Shown one piece after another: positions 29,925 through 45,107 of a stretch of DNA of 64,000 nucleotides. Source of the DNA: Eledone cirrhosa. Lineage: Eukaryota. Below the pieces are notes generated by a model, which saw only the letters and a program-made list of their open reading frames with translations, was not told the DNA's origin and made no database searches. Each line of letters begins with the position of its first letter. The stretch's first letter is position 1. The stretch is from the NCBI GenBank assembly GCA_964016885.1, contig OZ024748.1:6696001-6760000 (forward strand). The letters run 5' to 3'. Made by a program: the position numbers and the translations under genes.

Positions 29925-30878
29925 CACTACAGACATCTACATACACATAACTACAGCGACACATACATACACGTATATATGTATATACACACACACACAC
30001 TATTACTATTTATATCCAATATTCATCACACAAATTACACACAGACGTGTAATATCACCCTATAAATATGACTATATTTATATATTTATGACAATAATAT
30101 TCACGAATTATTTCTATTAATACTGCCATTAAAGCTCCACTGATGTTATATGGAAATTTCATAAGGCTAATAATAATATCAATAAAATCAATATTATTAT
30201 TATTATTTTTCTATATCTAACTAATAATATTAGTCTGTTCAACCATAGAAAATCACGGTTATATCATACAAACATTATTAATTCTTTATTGAAGTGTCCA
30301 GTAAGTGCTATTAACAAATACACCTTGTATAGTAAAAATACCGACACTATATAGTAACACATAGTCTGTAGTAAGACAGAGACTGCATAGTAATTATATA
30401 CACACTATGCTAAAGCCTTCTACAAGGCCATCAATAATGGCTGACTAAGCTTTTTGTGTCATTATATTTATCGTAGATATATACGTTGAACAACGGCGCT
30501 GAATTGGCACTGTCGTTAAGAATGCTTTACGGTATTCGTCGCACCTCGTTGTCCGCTCTGAGTTCAAATCCTGCCGTGGTCAACTTTGCTTTTCATCCAT
30601 TCGAATTTGATAATAAAGGTACCAGTCCAGTACGGGGTCGATTCTTCTTCTATAAAAAAAAAATCGACTATGTTCAGACCTGCAGATGGTTGGGCTCCGC
30701 CATGTTTGAATCCCTTGACACACCGTATGGCACCACAAGGAGTTATGGGATCTCTATCCTTTTTTGTGAATATTACACTAGAAATGCAACATTATATATA
30801 TATATAAAATAAAGTACCAGTAATACACTGGATAATTGCTGGCCTTGTGCCAAAAGTAGAAACAATTATATATATATA

Positions 30879-31067
30879 AGGGCGGTGAATTGGCAGTATC
30901 GGTAGAGGGTCAGACATGCTTTCCAGCATAGTTACGTCCCGTTATGATCTGAGTTCAAATCCAGCCTACGTTAACTTTGCCTTTCATCCTTACGAGGTCG
31001 ATAAAATAAAGTACCAGTAATGCACTGAGGTAATAGCTGGCCTTGTGCCAAAAGTAGAAACAATTAT
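30879..31067 (+). mobile_element. Deu/Nin-domain SINE
   Basis: Full A/B boxes, core and tail; adjacent fragments at 30493-30672, 30805-30869 and 31322-31381. Confidence 0.9.
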
Positions 31068-31499
31068 ATATATATATTTTTCCTATATTTTCATGAATAA
31101 ATATATATATCTGTCGTGTGTATAGTATATGATGTATACATTGTTTTGTGTCAATATAGTTATCGTAGCTACATATTGTTAATATTCAAGGAGAAATTCA
31201 ACATTTTAGAAACTTTATACATATATTTCCTATATATTCATGACGTATGTATAGTACATATTGTATATATTGTTCTGTTTCATTCTCGACTTTCTCAACG
31301 TTTCATCACCCAATAACTTATAGTACCAGTAATGCACTCTGGGTCTTTGCTGGCCTTGTGCTTAAAGTAGAAACAATTATAATTAAGTTCAACCTCTACA
31401 TGAGGTATTAAAAACCATACTTCAATTGTGTTTCAGTACCGTATTTTAACGGAACAGCATATCAACTACTAATACACACACGCACATAAATGTATATGT

Positions 31500-31543
<44 letters not shown>

Positions 31544-31676
31544 GTAAAAATCAGGCGGTTATATCAGAATTTGGTTGAGCACTCAGTCCAAAGGACGAGT
31601 TCGGAATAGAAAATCAATCCGACGAAACATGTGGCCTCGACTAAAGTTTTACCTTCTTCTCACAGCACCATGGGGC

Positions 31677-31760
<84 letters not shown>

Positions 31761-31827
31761 ATGTATTATTTATAAATAATTATAATACTACCATTAGTTT
31801 TCTCAAAATTTGAATTATGTTTATATA

Positions 31828-31891
<64 letters not shown>

Positions 31892-32311
31892 CATATATAT
31901 ATATATATTTGCATATATATACATATATGAGTATGTATATTTATTTATATTCATAAGTATATATTTGTGCATATGTTATCACTAATTTAAATACAAACAC
32001 AAACACATTCACACATTCTCACGCATGGCAAATACAAATACATATACACACACGCACTCACGCAGATCATCGATTCGTTTGATCAACTACAATATTGACA
32101 TATGTAGCAGCTACCATTAATCTGAAATATTTATATGGCTTTTAATAATTGTATGGAGGTTCTTTTTATTGTGTGTATTTTTATGTTTTATTGTTAGTAA
32201 CAGCAAAGCCGACATTTGCACATACCGTATATTATTTAATATTTAACGTACAAACAAACAAACACAACCATATATACCACACTCAACAACGGATATTTAT
32301 ATATATACATG

Positions 32312-32371
<60 letters not shown>

Positions 32372-32440
32372 TGTAAGTATGTATGTATATACAAGCACAC
32401 AAACAAATAAAGTACTTCGTTTTTTTCTTTACCTCTCCCA

Positions 32441-32507
<67 letters not shown>

Positions 32508-32533
32508 TCTCACTATATATTATACACTATGTA

Positions 32534-32582
<49 letters not shown>

Positions 32583-32867
32583 TGGTGGTAGTAGTGGTGT
32601 TGCAGAGTAGGTGGTTGTGGTAGTGGTGGTGATGGTAGTGGTGGTGGTGGTAGTGGTTGTGTTGGGTGTAGTGAAGGATATATATACACACATATATATA
32701 TATATATATGCATATATATATATATATATACATATACATACACATATACATACATACATATATACATACACATATATACATATACATATATATATATATG
32801 CATACATACATACATATATGTGTGTGTATATAAACATACTCAGTTTTTATACACACACACACACGCT

Positions 32868-32949
<82 letters not shown>

Positions 32950-33242
32950 GACTTGAACATATAGAGGTCAACGCTTCTTTTGATCAACTTCAATACAAGA
33001 ACTGCAGCCAGTCTTTCAGCCATAAATATGAAATATATTTTGTAGTCTTTCATAATTTAATGGATGCAATTTTTTTATTTCTTATATTTCTATCTTGCTG
33101 GTGTCTTTTCTTTAATAAGTGGGAAACATATACAATTTTAAATACTATTTATTGAAGGTTCAAATCACATACAATCACATTTGAACACAAAATCACATTA
33201 CACATACACACACACTCATATATATATATATATATATACATG

Positions 33243-33697
33243 TAAAGTTATATTTAAAATTGTTGGGTTACAACTAGTAAATATTTATAACTGATATAAA
33301 AGCACTCGACAAATATTTGGAGTATATTTACAATATTAAATAAATGGAAAACTATATTTATAAAACCATATCTATTTCATTATATATATTTCGGGGATAT
33401 CATATTAACAATATGCTATGCCTTCATCAGACAAAATACAATATAAACAGTTTTATAGATAAATATATTCGACATACCGTAATAAACATCAACTTCATTT
33501 GAAGAGGTTTACTCTAGCAGTAAACCTCTTCAAATGAAGTTGATGTTTATTACGGTATGTCGAATATATTTATCTATAAAACTGTTTATATTGTATTTTG
33601 TCTGATGAAGGCATAGCATATTGTTAATATGATATCCCCGAAATATATATAATGAAATAGATATGGTTTTATAAATATAGTTTTCCATTTATTTAAT

Positions 33698-33703
<6 letters not shown>
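33243..33703. mobile_element. Penelope-like fold-back insertion (family D) with a 185-bp inverted repeat
   Basis: Arms 33329-33513 and 33519-33703, 5-nt loop CTAGC; TA-flanked. Confidence 0.85.
33594..33659 (+). ncRNA. Type-I hammerhead ribozyme (family D); mirror copy on the minus strand at 33373-33438
   Basis: TATTTTGT-CTGATGA-aGGcATAgCATATT-gtt-AATATGaTATcCCc-GAAA-TATATA-TA^ATGAAATA. Confidence 0.8.
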
Positions 33704-33739
<36 letters not shown>

Positions 33740-33875
33740 CATATAAATATATATATATATATATATATAGTTAGTGTATTACAAACGTTGAGGACATCTT
33801 CCATTGGTTTACCTGTGTTCACTAAGTCAGAAAACTCTCTCACATTCTCTTTTCCTCTCTCTCTCTCTCACTCTT

Positions 33876-34002
<127 letters not shown>

Positions 34003-34248
34003 ATGATTGTATGTATGTATGAATGCATATATGTGTATATATGTATATGTACGTATACATTATGGGAAGCCCTTATCAAATACATTATATGGAAATACAT
34101 TATTTGGAAACTTGGTTTCATTTTATTTCTTTCGCAAGATTTCACAAGACAAGTACAGTTTCCTTCCTCTGCAGGGCGAAATCAAATAATGTCAAATCTA
34201 GTAAATGTGACTGTAAACACATATACAGAGAGTGTGAGGGAGAGAGAG

Positions 34249-34353
<105 letters not shown>

Positions 34354-34440
34354 GATGGATGGATGCATACATGTATATATATATATATATCACTAATCTA
34401 TTAATGTCGATATAATTCTTATATCGATATTATTTGGGCA

Positions 34441-34565
34441 TCCACTGATGAGTTTATAAGAGCCCGCTTGTGTATAAAACTATGGATTATATACAAGTTT
34501 CTACATAACCTGGAAATTATTTATTCTCAAATTGTAGAAATCTTATAACGAAACGGCCGTCTGGA
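34441..34565 (+). ncRNA. Type-I hammerhead ribozyme with a 98-nt branched stem II (family E)
   Basis: TCCA-CTGATGA-GTtTATAAGA[two hairpins]TCTTATAAC-GAAA-CGGCCG-TC^TGGA. Confidence 0.8.
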
Positions 34566-34742
34566 AGGAAAGAGATATTTTTTTAATTATGTCTCATATA
34601 AAATAATACAACCAGCTATCCTCGAAATACTGATTAGTTAGCACCCCAAACACTAAATTGGGAAAATACTTAGGTATATCCTAATGTTTGTTGAGTGAGA
34701 TGGAGTTGGTCGGAGTATCGCTTAAGGCTTTCTCTGTTAATG

Positions 34743-34824
<82 letters not shown>

Positions 34825-34920
34825 CTATATATATATATATGTATATTGACTTGTATCCTTCTAATCAGTCAGGCTTTATAAATTTTCAAGGAACAAAACG
34901 GTCGACGTCAAAAAGGTATA

Positions 34921-35085
<165 letters not shown>

Positions 35086-36040
35086 TATATATATAGATAT
35101 ATAGATATATATATTTCAATTATAAACATGACTGAGTAGCAGTATAAAAAGTCAATTATATATTCACGTATATATATATATATACTAAGTATGTTTCCTA
35201 GTAAAATTATATATATATATATGAATATATATATATATATATATATATATTCATATATATATATAAATTTACTAGGAAACATACTTAGTATTTATATATA
35301 TATACATACATATATACATACATACATCCACACATCCATATATATATACATACATATATACATAAATACATATATACATATATTCATACATATACATATA
35401 CATATAAACATATATTCATACATATATACATACATATACACATACATAGTTTGCTTTCCACAGAATAAAAAAAAAGAAGCGAAGTAGACAAAAATACAAG
35501 GAAAATTATTGAAGTGGAGAAATGCATGGAGGCAGACTTAAAGTAAGAAGAATGAAAGAAAGTATGGAAGGAGAATATGAAGGAAAGAAGGAAATAGAGG
35601 ACTGTAAGTGGGTGGGGACATAAAATATTGAGTGAGATACTGAGCGATAGAGAGCGAGGGGGAGACTGAGGCGAAGGGAGAGAAAGGACTATTATATACA
35701 TGAATGTGGTGTGTGATTGAGTGACTGAGAGTAAAGAAAGGGGGAGGCGAATATAAAATTGACTTTAGTATAGTAAGATGAAATCAAAACACACATGGTT
35801 AAGCAAAGGTTTGGGTGGGAGAGGTTTAACAAAACGTTTGTATTGAATACGTTGAACTGTGAATTAAGAAGCGGAAAAACGCAGTTGAGAAAATATATAG
35901 TGAGAGTGAGACTGAGAGTGGGAGTGGGAGTGAGGAGTGAGGAGTGGGAGTGAGAGACTGAGTGGGCTTGTGTTGAGGAACCGAGAGAGAGACTAACAAC
36001 TGAACAGAGACAGGTGTATACATGTATTGTATATACACAC

Positions 36041-36080
<40 letters not shown>

Positions 36081-36082
<2 letters not shown>

Positions 36083-36316
36083 CAAAGGAAGTGTGGTAAG
36101 GAACCAGATGGACCATAACGCACCAAAGTACTCAATACTTAGGGTAGTAGAGTGGGTAATAGGAACAAGTATGACCCCGACGGCAGAGGTCAAGCCGTTT
36201 CGAAGGCTAATTCTGGACTAAATGATTTAATCCACAATTGATTTAGTCCAGAATTAGCCGTCGAAACGGCTTGAGCTCTGCCGCCGGGGTCATACTTGTT
36301 CCTATTACCCACTCTA

Positions 36317-36323
<7 letters not shown>
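36081..36323. mobile_element. Family A fold-back insertion
   Basis: Inverted arms around a short loop near 36225-36240; both arms carry GAAACGGC..GCCG(T/C)CGGGGT. Confidence 0.8.
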
Positions 36324-36354
<31 letters not shown>

Positions 36355-36948
36355 CCCAGGGCTACTGTACAATGACTGAAACCAGTGAAAGAGTAAATCA
36401 TTGGATATTTTATACGTTTGTGCAAGTGAAAAAGAAAGGGACTATATCTATGTATATACACCTATATATATATACATTTATATACATATATATATATACA
36501 TGTAGACATATATATACATTTCTATATACATATGCATATATATATTCAATTCTATTATAATATATATATATATATCATGCTCGACCGCTTCTCCAGTCGA
36601 CCGTGTGGCTAGGTTCTCTGATGAAGTGCTGTCGGTGTCTAGAAGCTGGAGTCTTAGTCTCACCATACAAGATGTATATGTCTTGTAAATGTCTCCGTCA
36701 CTGTGGGAGCCACGGGAGGAAGGTGCTATATCTAGAAACGAAAGACGAACGGACCATCATATTCGAAAATGAACCAACAACCGCCGTCTGTGATCTGTGT
36801 GTAATTGTCTGCTGTGTGTGTGTGTATGTGTGTGCGTGCGTGTGTGTGTTTAATCTAGTGAGTTAAATTATTACAGATGAAACTTCGAGGTCACTGTCGC
36901 ATTTAAATATTAGATTGTGCCCCTGGATTCGAAACCTATTGGGCCAAC

Positions 36949-37262
36949 CAGGGCCGGATTTAATTAGGAGGAAAAGGGGGCAATAATCTCGGACCCCCTG
37001 AAGTGGAGGGAGGGGCAAAGAGAAGGGAAGCATCAGTAACAGCCGTAGCAATTTATTTGTGCCCTCAACTGGGCTTTTTTATTTTAGGATGTTTAGAATT
37101 TTTTAATTTAATACCTGTATGTATATATTTGAAATTCAAATATCTTACGCGAAGCTAACATTGATAGGTAAAATTGGGGAGTTTGTTGCGTATTCTAAAT
37201 TTTTTTTAGGTGAGGGCCTCCCCAAACCTGAAATGCCCCGGGGCCTCCAAGGTGTCAATCCA
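36949..37262. mobile_element. Probable hAT-like MITE, degenerate
   Basis: Starts CAGGGCCGGATTTA; right end ..GCCCCGGGGCCTCCAAGGTGTCAATCC resembles a truncated complementary terminus; a similar terminus lies at 1480-1554. Confidence 0.4.
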
Positions 37263-37915
37263 AAAGTATTGGGACAACGACACACGATCACTGTTACATT
37301 TAAACCAGACAACTTGTAACTGTAGAACTGTTGTATGGTGAGATTAAATAAGTCAAGAAACCCCAGTAAATAATTAAGGATGCATTTTATGAACTGGGGG
37401 AAACATGCATCATTTGATCCATCCCCACTAGTTTAAAAAACGAATAAGGGATCGTTCTGATATTGTGGAGAGCTCAACCCTATCTCATGCATTATTGAAG
37501 AGAGCTATACCAAAAAGATAGAACTTATGAAGTGAAATAGGGTTAAAGTTGATCAACAATCACATATGGCATTCTAAGTTTTAAAGCTGATCTCACTATA
37601 CATCAAAGAAACCATAAGATCAGACAAAAAGACGACTACAATATGTTCATGACAATAGATGCCGTTACATGAAGTATGAATGGGTGAGGGGGGGGGGGGG
37701 GGGTAAATCTATTAGGGGAGAAAATAAAAAAAGGAGAGAGGAAGGAAAGAAAGGAAGAAAGAAGGAAACGAACGAACTAACAAAGACAGTTTTGTATTTA
37801 CTCCAGATTGATGTACATAAATATGTATGTCTGTACACACACACACACACACACATATTTATATATATATATATATAGTCTATATATTTATATATACACA
37901 TATATATATATTTAT

Positions 37916-37967
<52 letters not shown>

Positions 37968-38363
37968 ATATATATAAATATATAGACACTATATATAAGC
38001 TTTTTGGCTTAGGTGGTTAATGCTTTCTTGACCACTTTTTCAGTTTTTATGGCGTTTTAACATATTGTTTAGCTCTGTTTTTTTTTAACTATGGAGGGTT
38101 TGCCAGCATAACGCTTTTGCGTTTCGTTTCGCTTTTTCTACCCGCCGAAATGCGATTCTCGCTGAATTTATATTTGTATATATATATATATGTATGCGTG
38201 TGTGTGTGGGGGGGGGGGGAACTATACAAGAGTACTCGACACTCGACTGATGAATTTGAACTCTTATGATGATGGTAGCAAAGAAAACGAAAAACAATAA
38301 TTAATTGTTGTTATAAATGGCACACACACATGCTGCACATATATGCATATATGTATACATATA

Positions 38364-38400
<37 letters not shown>

Positions 38401-39222
38401 CATAAACATGTCTGTCACGAGACAACTTCTTTGTGCTAGATTTGTTTGGAAAATGATACATTTGCTATCTTCCTTCCTAGCTCCCTGTTTCTCAGTCTTC
38501 ACACAATAGATGTCGAGAAGCTCCTAACTCTAACTATCTATATGTCTATCTATCTACGTAAATGACTTCCTTTGTATATTCTTGATCGTGAATCGATAGT
38601 TATATATTTATGAATATTTACCAATATACAATTTAAACAAAGAATAGTCTGAACATAGATCAACAGACAGATAGATAGAATGATAGATTGATAGGTAGAT
38701 AAAACAAAGTCCTCGTAATTTAATGCAAACATTTGATAATGATGTTAAAAAATATAGATGAACATTATAGTAGTTGATTTTAATGAATATCCAATGATAT
38801 AGGGTGATAGTCGGAGGTACAAGATGGTAAAAGTCGAGGAACATCTATGATTCAAGCGTACTACCATAAAGTGCCTGAATCAAATGATTATTAAATTAAA
38901 TATTATATACTATATACACCGTCATTTTTTACCTGTACTATTCTAGAATCGCGTGCGTTGTGGTCAGATATATAGAAAGATGCTTTTTATGAATGTTTAA
39001 GTTCTATTTTTTTTTATTTCTAGAATAGTTGTGCCTAGCAGAGGTACTACGAATCCATCTCAGGAAATTTTAAACAGCAACATATATATATAGGCTGAAT
39101 AAAGTGTCTTAAGCTTTTACAAACAGGGCTGTGTGAATGTGTTTGTAAATAAATATACACATACTCACACACACACACATACACACAGATTCAATTACAC
39201 ACACACTCGATCAAATGTATGT

Positions 39223-39266
<44 letters not shown>

Positions 39267-40970
39267 TGAACCCGGGATACATACATACACACACACACTC
39301 ACATAGATATATATATGTGTGTGTGTGAGTGTGTATATATGCAATGGATCAGGTGTGTGGGTGTGTGTGTGAATGAATGTGAATGTGTATGTGAGTATGG
39401 GATCATTTGAAATAAAATGAGTGGGAGAATAGAGAGGGGAAGGTGAGATAAAAAGAAAGGGAGAGGGAGAAATATATATGAATGTAGTCTCTTTTATATT
39501 ATACATCAGCAGAGCATTGCATTGTAAATCCGAGATAAAAGTTCCAATAAAAGTGAACAGTTTATGCCTTAAGTATTGGCTGTCTGTTGAAGACAGCCAG
39601 GTCACCGCGTGTTCAGTAACAGGGACTAAAACGATAAAAATTCACCGTGAGACCCTCTCTTGTGATGGCGATTGGATCCTAATGAATTTTTATGGTGAAC
39701 AGGGAGGGCTATAAACTGAATAAATAGTAAGAGAAATAAATATATTGTAGTAGGCTACTATTTCAACTTTGTGTGTGAAACACAACTATTTAGATAGAGC
39801 AAGGGAGACCTTCCCATAAATTATTTTTCTTTTTTTCGCAGGATTTCCTAGCTGAGCAGTATAGTAGACGTTGAAAATTTACCCTCTGTTTATTGTTGGT
39901 GAGTTGTTATTCTAGTTGTAGTTGTTCTTGTTAATGTTGCTATTGTTGTTATTGTTGTTGTTTAGCCCAGGGTCCGTCCCGTGTGAAGAACACACTTTAT
40001 CAAGTATCGTTCAAGCGGGAAGGGTCATGTCTTTCAATTTCGGGATATTCCGTTAACCAATATTATATATTATCCGAAGTGTTATATATTATCCTTTTTT
40101 TTAAAAGCTGTAGATAAAGTGTGGATTATGGGGTATTTGACTACTATTTCTAGCATGTAATACCAACAAATAGAAGCCTCTTTTTCATGATGCTACTGCT
40201 GTTATTGTTCCTGGTTTGTCAGACATGATAGACTAAATGCCTTCATCAAATATGTGCCAGCTTATTGTCATCAGAAACATTTCTTGTACATTGGCCACCA
40301 TATTGTTAAAAGTAACCTGCTATATTTAAAAACAAAGGCTACATTTAAGGGAGAGTTGGCTCTTGTTTTCTAGAAGTTCCGGTGAACATATCAGGAACAC
40401 TTCTTTGATCGCACCTAGCTCTAAACATTTACTTCGAACATTCTATGATCTACATCTGTAGATTGAGGTCCAGTTAATAATTAATCGTCACGTATTTATC
40501 TTCACCCTATATAAAGAGATTGATGTATAAAAACCCTCACTCACACACACAAAAGCACATATATCTCTACCTACATACATACAAATATATCTAGGTATAT
40601 ATAACATCATGACGGATAATTGCATAAACATATATGAATGTATATACATATATGTGTGTGGGTGTGTGTGTGCGTTCTGGTGTATATGTTTATACATATA
40701 TAAGTATTTATGTAAGTATACATGGAGCCTTAGAAGGAAAGTAAATTGTAGTAACGGTAATGATAACTAAGAAGGTGTTAATAACCGCGATGATTAAGTT
40801 GAGAGGTGGAATCATAAATATATATAGTATATAAGTGTATATATCCCACATATATATACTTTATACAAAAATAATAAATATACATACATATTTGATATAT
40901 ATATATATTTCATATATACATACATGTAGATATGTATGTGTGGATATTTATTATATATAAATTTAGTATC

Positions 40971-41004
<34 letters not shown>

Positions 41005-41019
41005 ATATATATATAAATA

Positions 41020-41115
<96 letters not shown>

Positions 41116-41438
41116 TTCATAAATACATATGTATATATACATATATATATATATTTTGACCACAAGAATTTTTGCAACACAAAAATAACGCTGGTGCCAC
41201 TTTTTTAACATAAAAACAGATAGAATTCCCAAAACTAATCAGATCGGAGCAAACAGCACGGACACTCTATCTCAAAATTATTTTTGAAAAGCATTTAGAA
41301 ATGCGCAACCGGTAAACACTTAAAAACTTAAAACCACAACTGAATACTAACCCATACAATCACTAATACTCTTTTATTCCTAATTAAACCATTTTTCAAC
41401 TGTGAACAATTTGTCAGCATTTTCTATTCCGTTTACCA

Positions 41439-41534
<96 letters not shown>

Positions 41535-41763
41535 GAACAGTCTAGTATGTAGAATTAATTCGCAGAAGGATTAGCAAAATAGATCAAGGACTCTCGTGGG
41601 GATTTAAACGGCATTTTGTAGTATAGCACACCAGACCAGCCATCGGTAAATGTTGCAAGCGTAGCAATACGCTGGTGCACCAATTGCAGATGCCACTTGC
41701 AATGATATTGGCAAATATACCAATGAGAGTTACAGTATATATACATATACATGTGCGTGCATG

Positions 41764-41800
<37 letters not shown>

Positions 41801-41873
41801 GAGCGTGTGTGTATATAAATATACAAGTGTGTTCATGTATATACACACACACGAACATATATATATATATCAT

Positions 41874-41907
<34 letters not shown>

Positions 41908-41909
<2 letters not shown>

Positions 41910-42025
41910 CGAAGGAAATGTGGTAAGGAACCAGGTGGACCACAACGCACCAAAGTATTCAATCCATTTAGTCCAGAATTAGCCGTCGAAACGGCTTGAG
42001 CTCAGCCGTCGGGGTCTTACTGGTT

Positions 42026-42028
<3 letters not shown>
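41908..42028. mobile_element. Family A inverted (twin-priming-like) insertion
   Basis: Reverse-complemented 3' end joined to the sense HHR-half segment; both ends in (TA)n. Confidence 0.8.
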
Positions 42029-42067
<39 letters not shown>

Positions 42068-42095
42068 AATCATATCATTTATTAAGCTTCTCAAC

Positions 42096-42142
<47 letters not shown>

Positions 42143-42143
<1 letters not shown>

Positions 42144-42434
42144 ATAATTGTTTATACTTTTAGCACAAGGTCAAAAATATCCCAGTGTATTACTGGTACT
42201 TTATTTTTATCGACCCCGTAAGGATGAAAGGCAAAGTTAACCTCGGCGGGATTTGAACTCAGATCAAAAAGGGACGTAACTCTATGCTTCAAATCATGGC
42301 GTCCGACTCTCTACCGATACTGCCAATTTACCGCCTCTGTGTATAATAATTGTTTCTACTTTTGGCACAAGGCCAGCAATTACCCAATGTATTACTGGTA
42401 CTTTATTCTATCGACCCCGGAATGATGAAAGGCA
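42143..42434 (-). mobile_element. Two tandem Deu/Nin-domain SINE copies (full and truncated)
   Basis: 42143-42336 full length; 42347-42434 3' part. Confidence 0.88.
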
Positions 42435-42484
42435 TAGTGTATAATAATAATAATCGTTATAAATCGAAGTTGCAGTATATATAT

Positions 42485-42515
<31 letters not shown>

Positions 42516-42533
42516 ATATATATATATATAATA

Positions 42534-42583
<50 letters not shown>

Positions 42584-42596
42584 ATATATATATATA

Positions 42597-42654
<58 letters not shown>

Positions 42655-42881
42655 CATGTGTGTGTGTGCGTGCGTGTTTATGTGGCTGTGTGTGTACGGG
42701 CCTATATGTACATATTGTAGAATAAGAGGTGAGGCAGTACAAAGCAAAGACTGTGAAAGTGGAGCTCGTTGCAAAATATGAGGACATCAACTTGAAAGAA
42801 ATATAGGAAGGTCGCACCAGGGGGACTGGAAACTGTAAATTGAATGAGATAATTGATTATATATATGTGTGTGTGTGCGTG

Positions 42882-42948
<67 letters not shown>

Positions 42949-43206
42949 CTAAGAAATAGAGTAAATAATATACACAATATCATATATAAATATTAAATGC
43001 ATATTTATTTATATAATTTATATATATATATATGTATATGTATATATATATACATATATATATATATACATACATATATATATAACTATATATATATTAA
43101 TATATATATTACATATAAATACCTTTATACATCTATATAAATATTTTATATATAAATATGTATATACAAATATATATATATATGAATTACACAATATTAT
43201 TATTAT

Positions 43207-43267
<61 letters not shown>

Positions 43268-43417
43268 CATATATATATTCATATATTTATACATATATAT
43301 ATATTTTTATATATATATATAATATATATATATATATTTATATATATATATATTTATTTATATATATATACATATGAATATATGAATATATATATTATAT
43401 ATAAATAAGTTTACACA

Positions 43418-43513
<96 letters not shown>

Positions 43514-44026
43514 ATATATGTAAGCAAAAAGGCAAATAGTAATTACACACAAATATATATATTCATATAAAAATACACATATATATACTCATCCTTATAC
43601 ATATGCATGTCATTCATACACACACACATATACATATAGATATATATATACATATATAAATGTATAAAAACATATGCATGCATACACATAAACGTTCACG
43701 GTATTTTGTTCCCTATATACCAGTATCAATATGTTATCTATGGGCTTGATGTGCAAAATCATCCAGTGTAATCGATCATATCGTCTCCAGTCTCAATTTA
43801 TTGATCTCAATCTGTCGAACCATTTACGGAATACAAAAGGACGACAACTGAAATTACATCTCTCTCATCTTCTCTAACATAAACATAAATAATTATATAC
43901 CAACATTCACATAAATATATACACAGGTATATGAGTTTATACACACATACACAATATATATATATAAAATATATATCATTATATATATATATATATATGA
44001 AATATATATCATTATATATATATATA

Positions 44027-44221
44027 AGGGCGGTGAATTGGCAGTATCGGTAGAGGGTTGGACGCCATGCTTTGATGCATAGAGTTACGGCCCTTGCCAT
44101 TCTGAGATCAAATCCCGCCTAGGTTAACTTTGCCTTTCATCCTTACGGGGTCGATAAAATAAAGTACCAGTAATGCACTGGGATAATTGCTGGCCTTGTG
44201 CCAAAAGTAGAAACAATTATA
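44027..44221 (+). mobile_element. Deu/Nin-domain SINE
   Basis: Full-length match to the other copies. Confidence 0.9.
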
Positions 44222-44248
44222 TATATATATATATAATATATATCATTA

Positions 44249-44301
<53 letters not shown>

Positions 44302-44934
44302 GTATATATATACATATAGATAAATATATATATATATGGATATATATGCATATAAATAAATATATATATACATATATATAAATATATATAATTATAAATA
44401 CATATATATATATATATAATTATAAATACATATATATATATATATAATTATAAATACATATATATATATAATTATAAATACTTATATATATATAATTATA
44501 AATACTTATATAATTATAGATACTTATATATATATAATTATAAATATATATATAATTATAAATACATATATATATATAATTATAAATACATATATATATA
44601 TATAATTATAAATACATATATATATATAATTATAAATACATATATATATATATAAATATAAATATATATATATAAATATAAATATATATATAGCGGCGAT
44701 GAATTAGTTTTGCGAGGTTTTTTATATGAAATCGTGTGTCGAAACAAATATTGTTATACTTGGGGAGGGTCATATTTGTGTAATATTGCCAGAATTAATA
44801 ACAGAACACACTCACTGTTTGGTTTGGTTTGGTTGGTTTTGCAACCATTACTGTTGGAAGCTCCCGGGAGCTTCAGTAATGGTTGCATTCTTTAAGGGTA
44901 TGTCAATATTTATTTATAAAACTGTTCTATATTA

Positions 44935-44999
44935 TATTTTATCTGATGAAAGCACACCATAATTTAACTTGGTGTCCTTGAAATATGTATAATGAAATA
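44935..44999 (+). ncRNA. Type-I hammerhead ribozyme (family D; element 44693-45040)
   Basis: TATTTTAT-CTGATGA-AAGcACACCA-loop-TGGTGTcCTT-GAAA-TATGTA-TA^ATGAAATA. Confidence 0.82.
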
Positions 45000-45038
45000 A
45001 ATATGGTTTTATAAATATAGTTTCCATTTATTAATATC

Positions 45039-45107
<69 letters not shown>

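Noticed and set aside
44839-44887. Hairpin TGCAACCATTACTG..CAGTAATGGTTGCA as a SECIS element or pre-miRNA
   Set aside because: No AUGA/GA quartet; lies inside the family D insertion and is more likely a small fold-back
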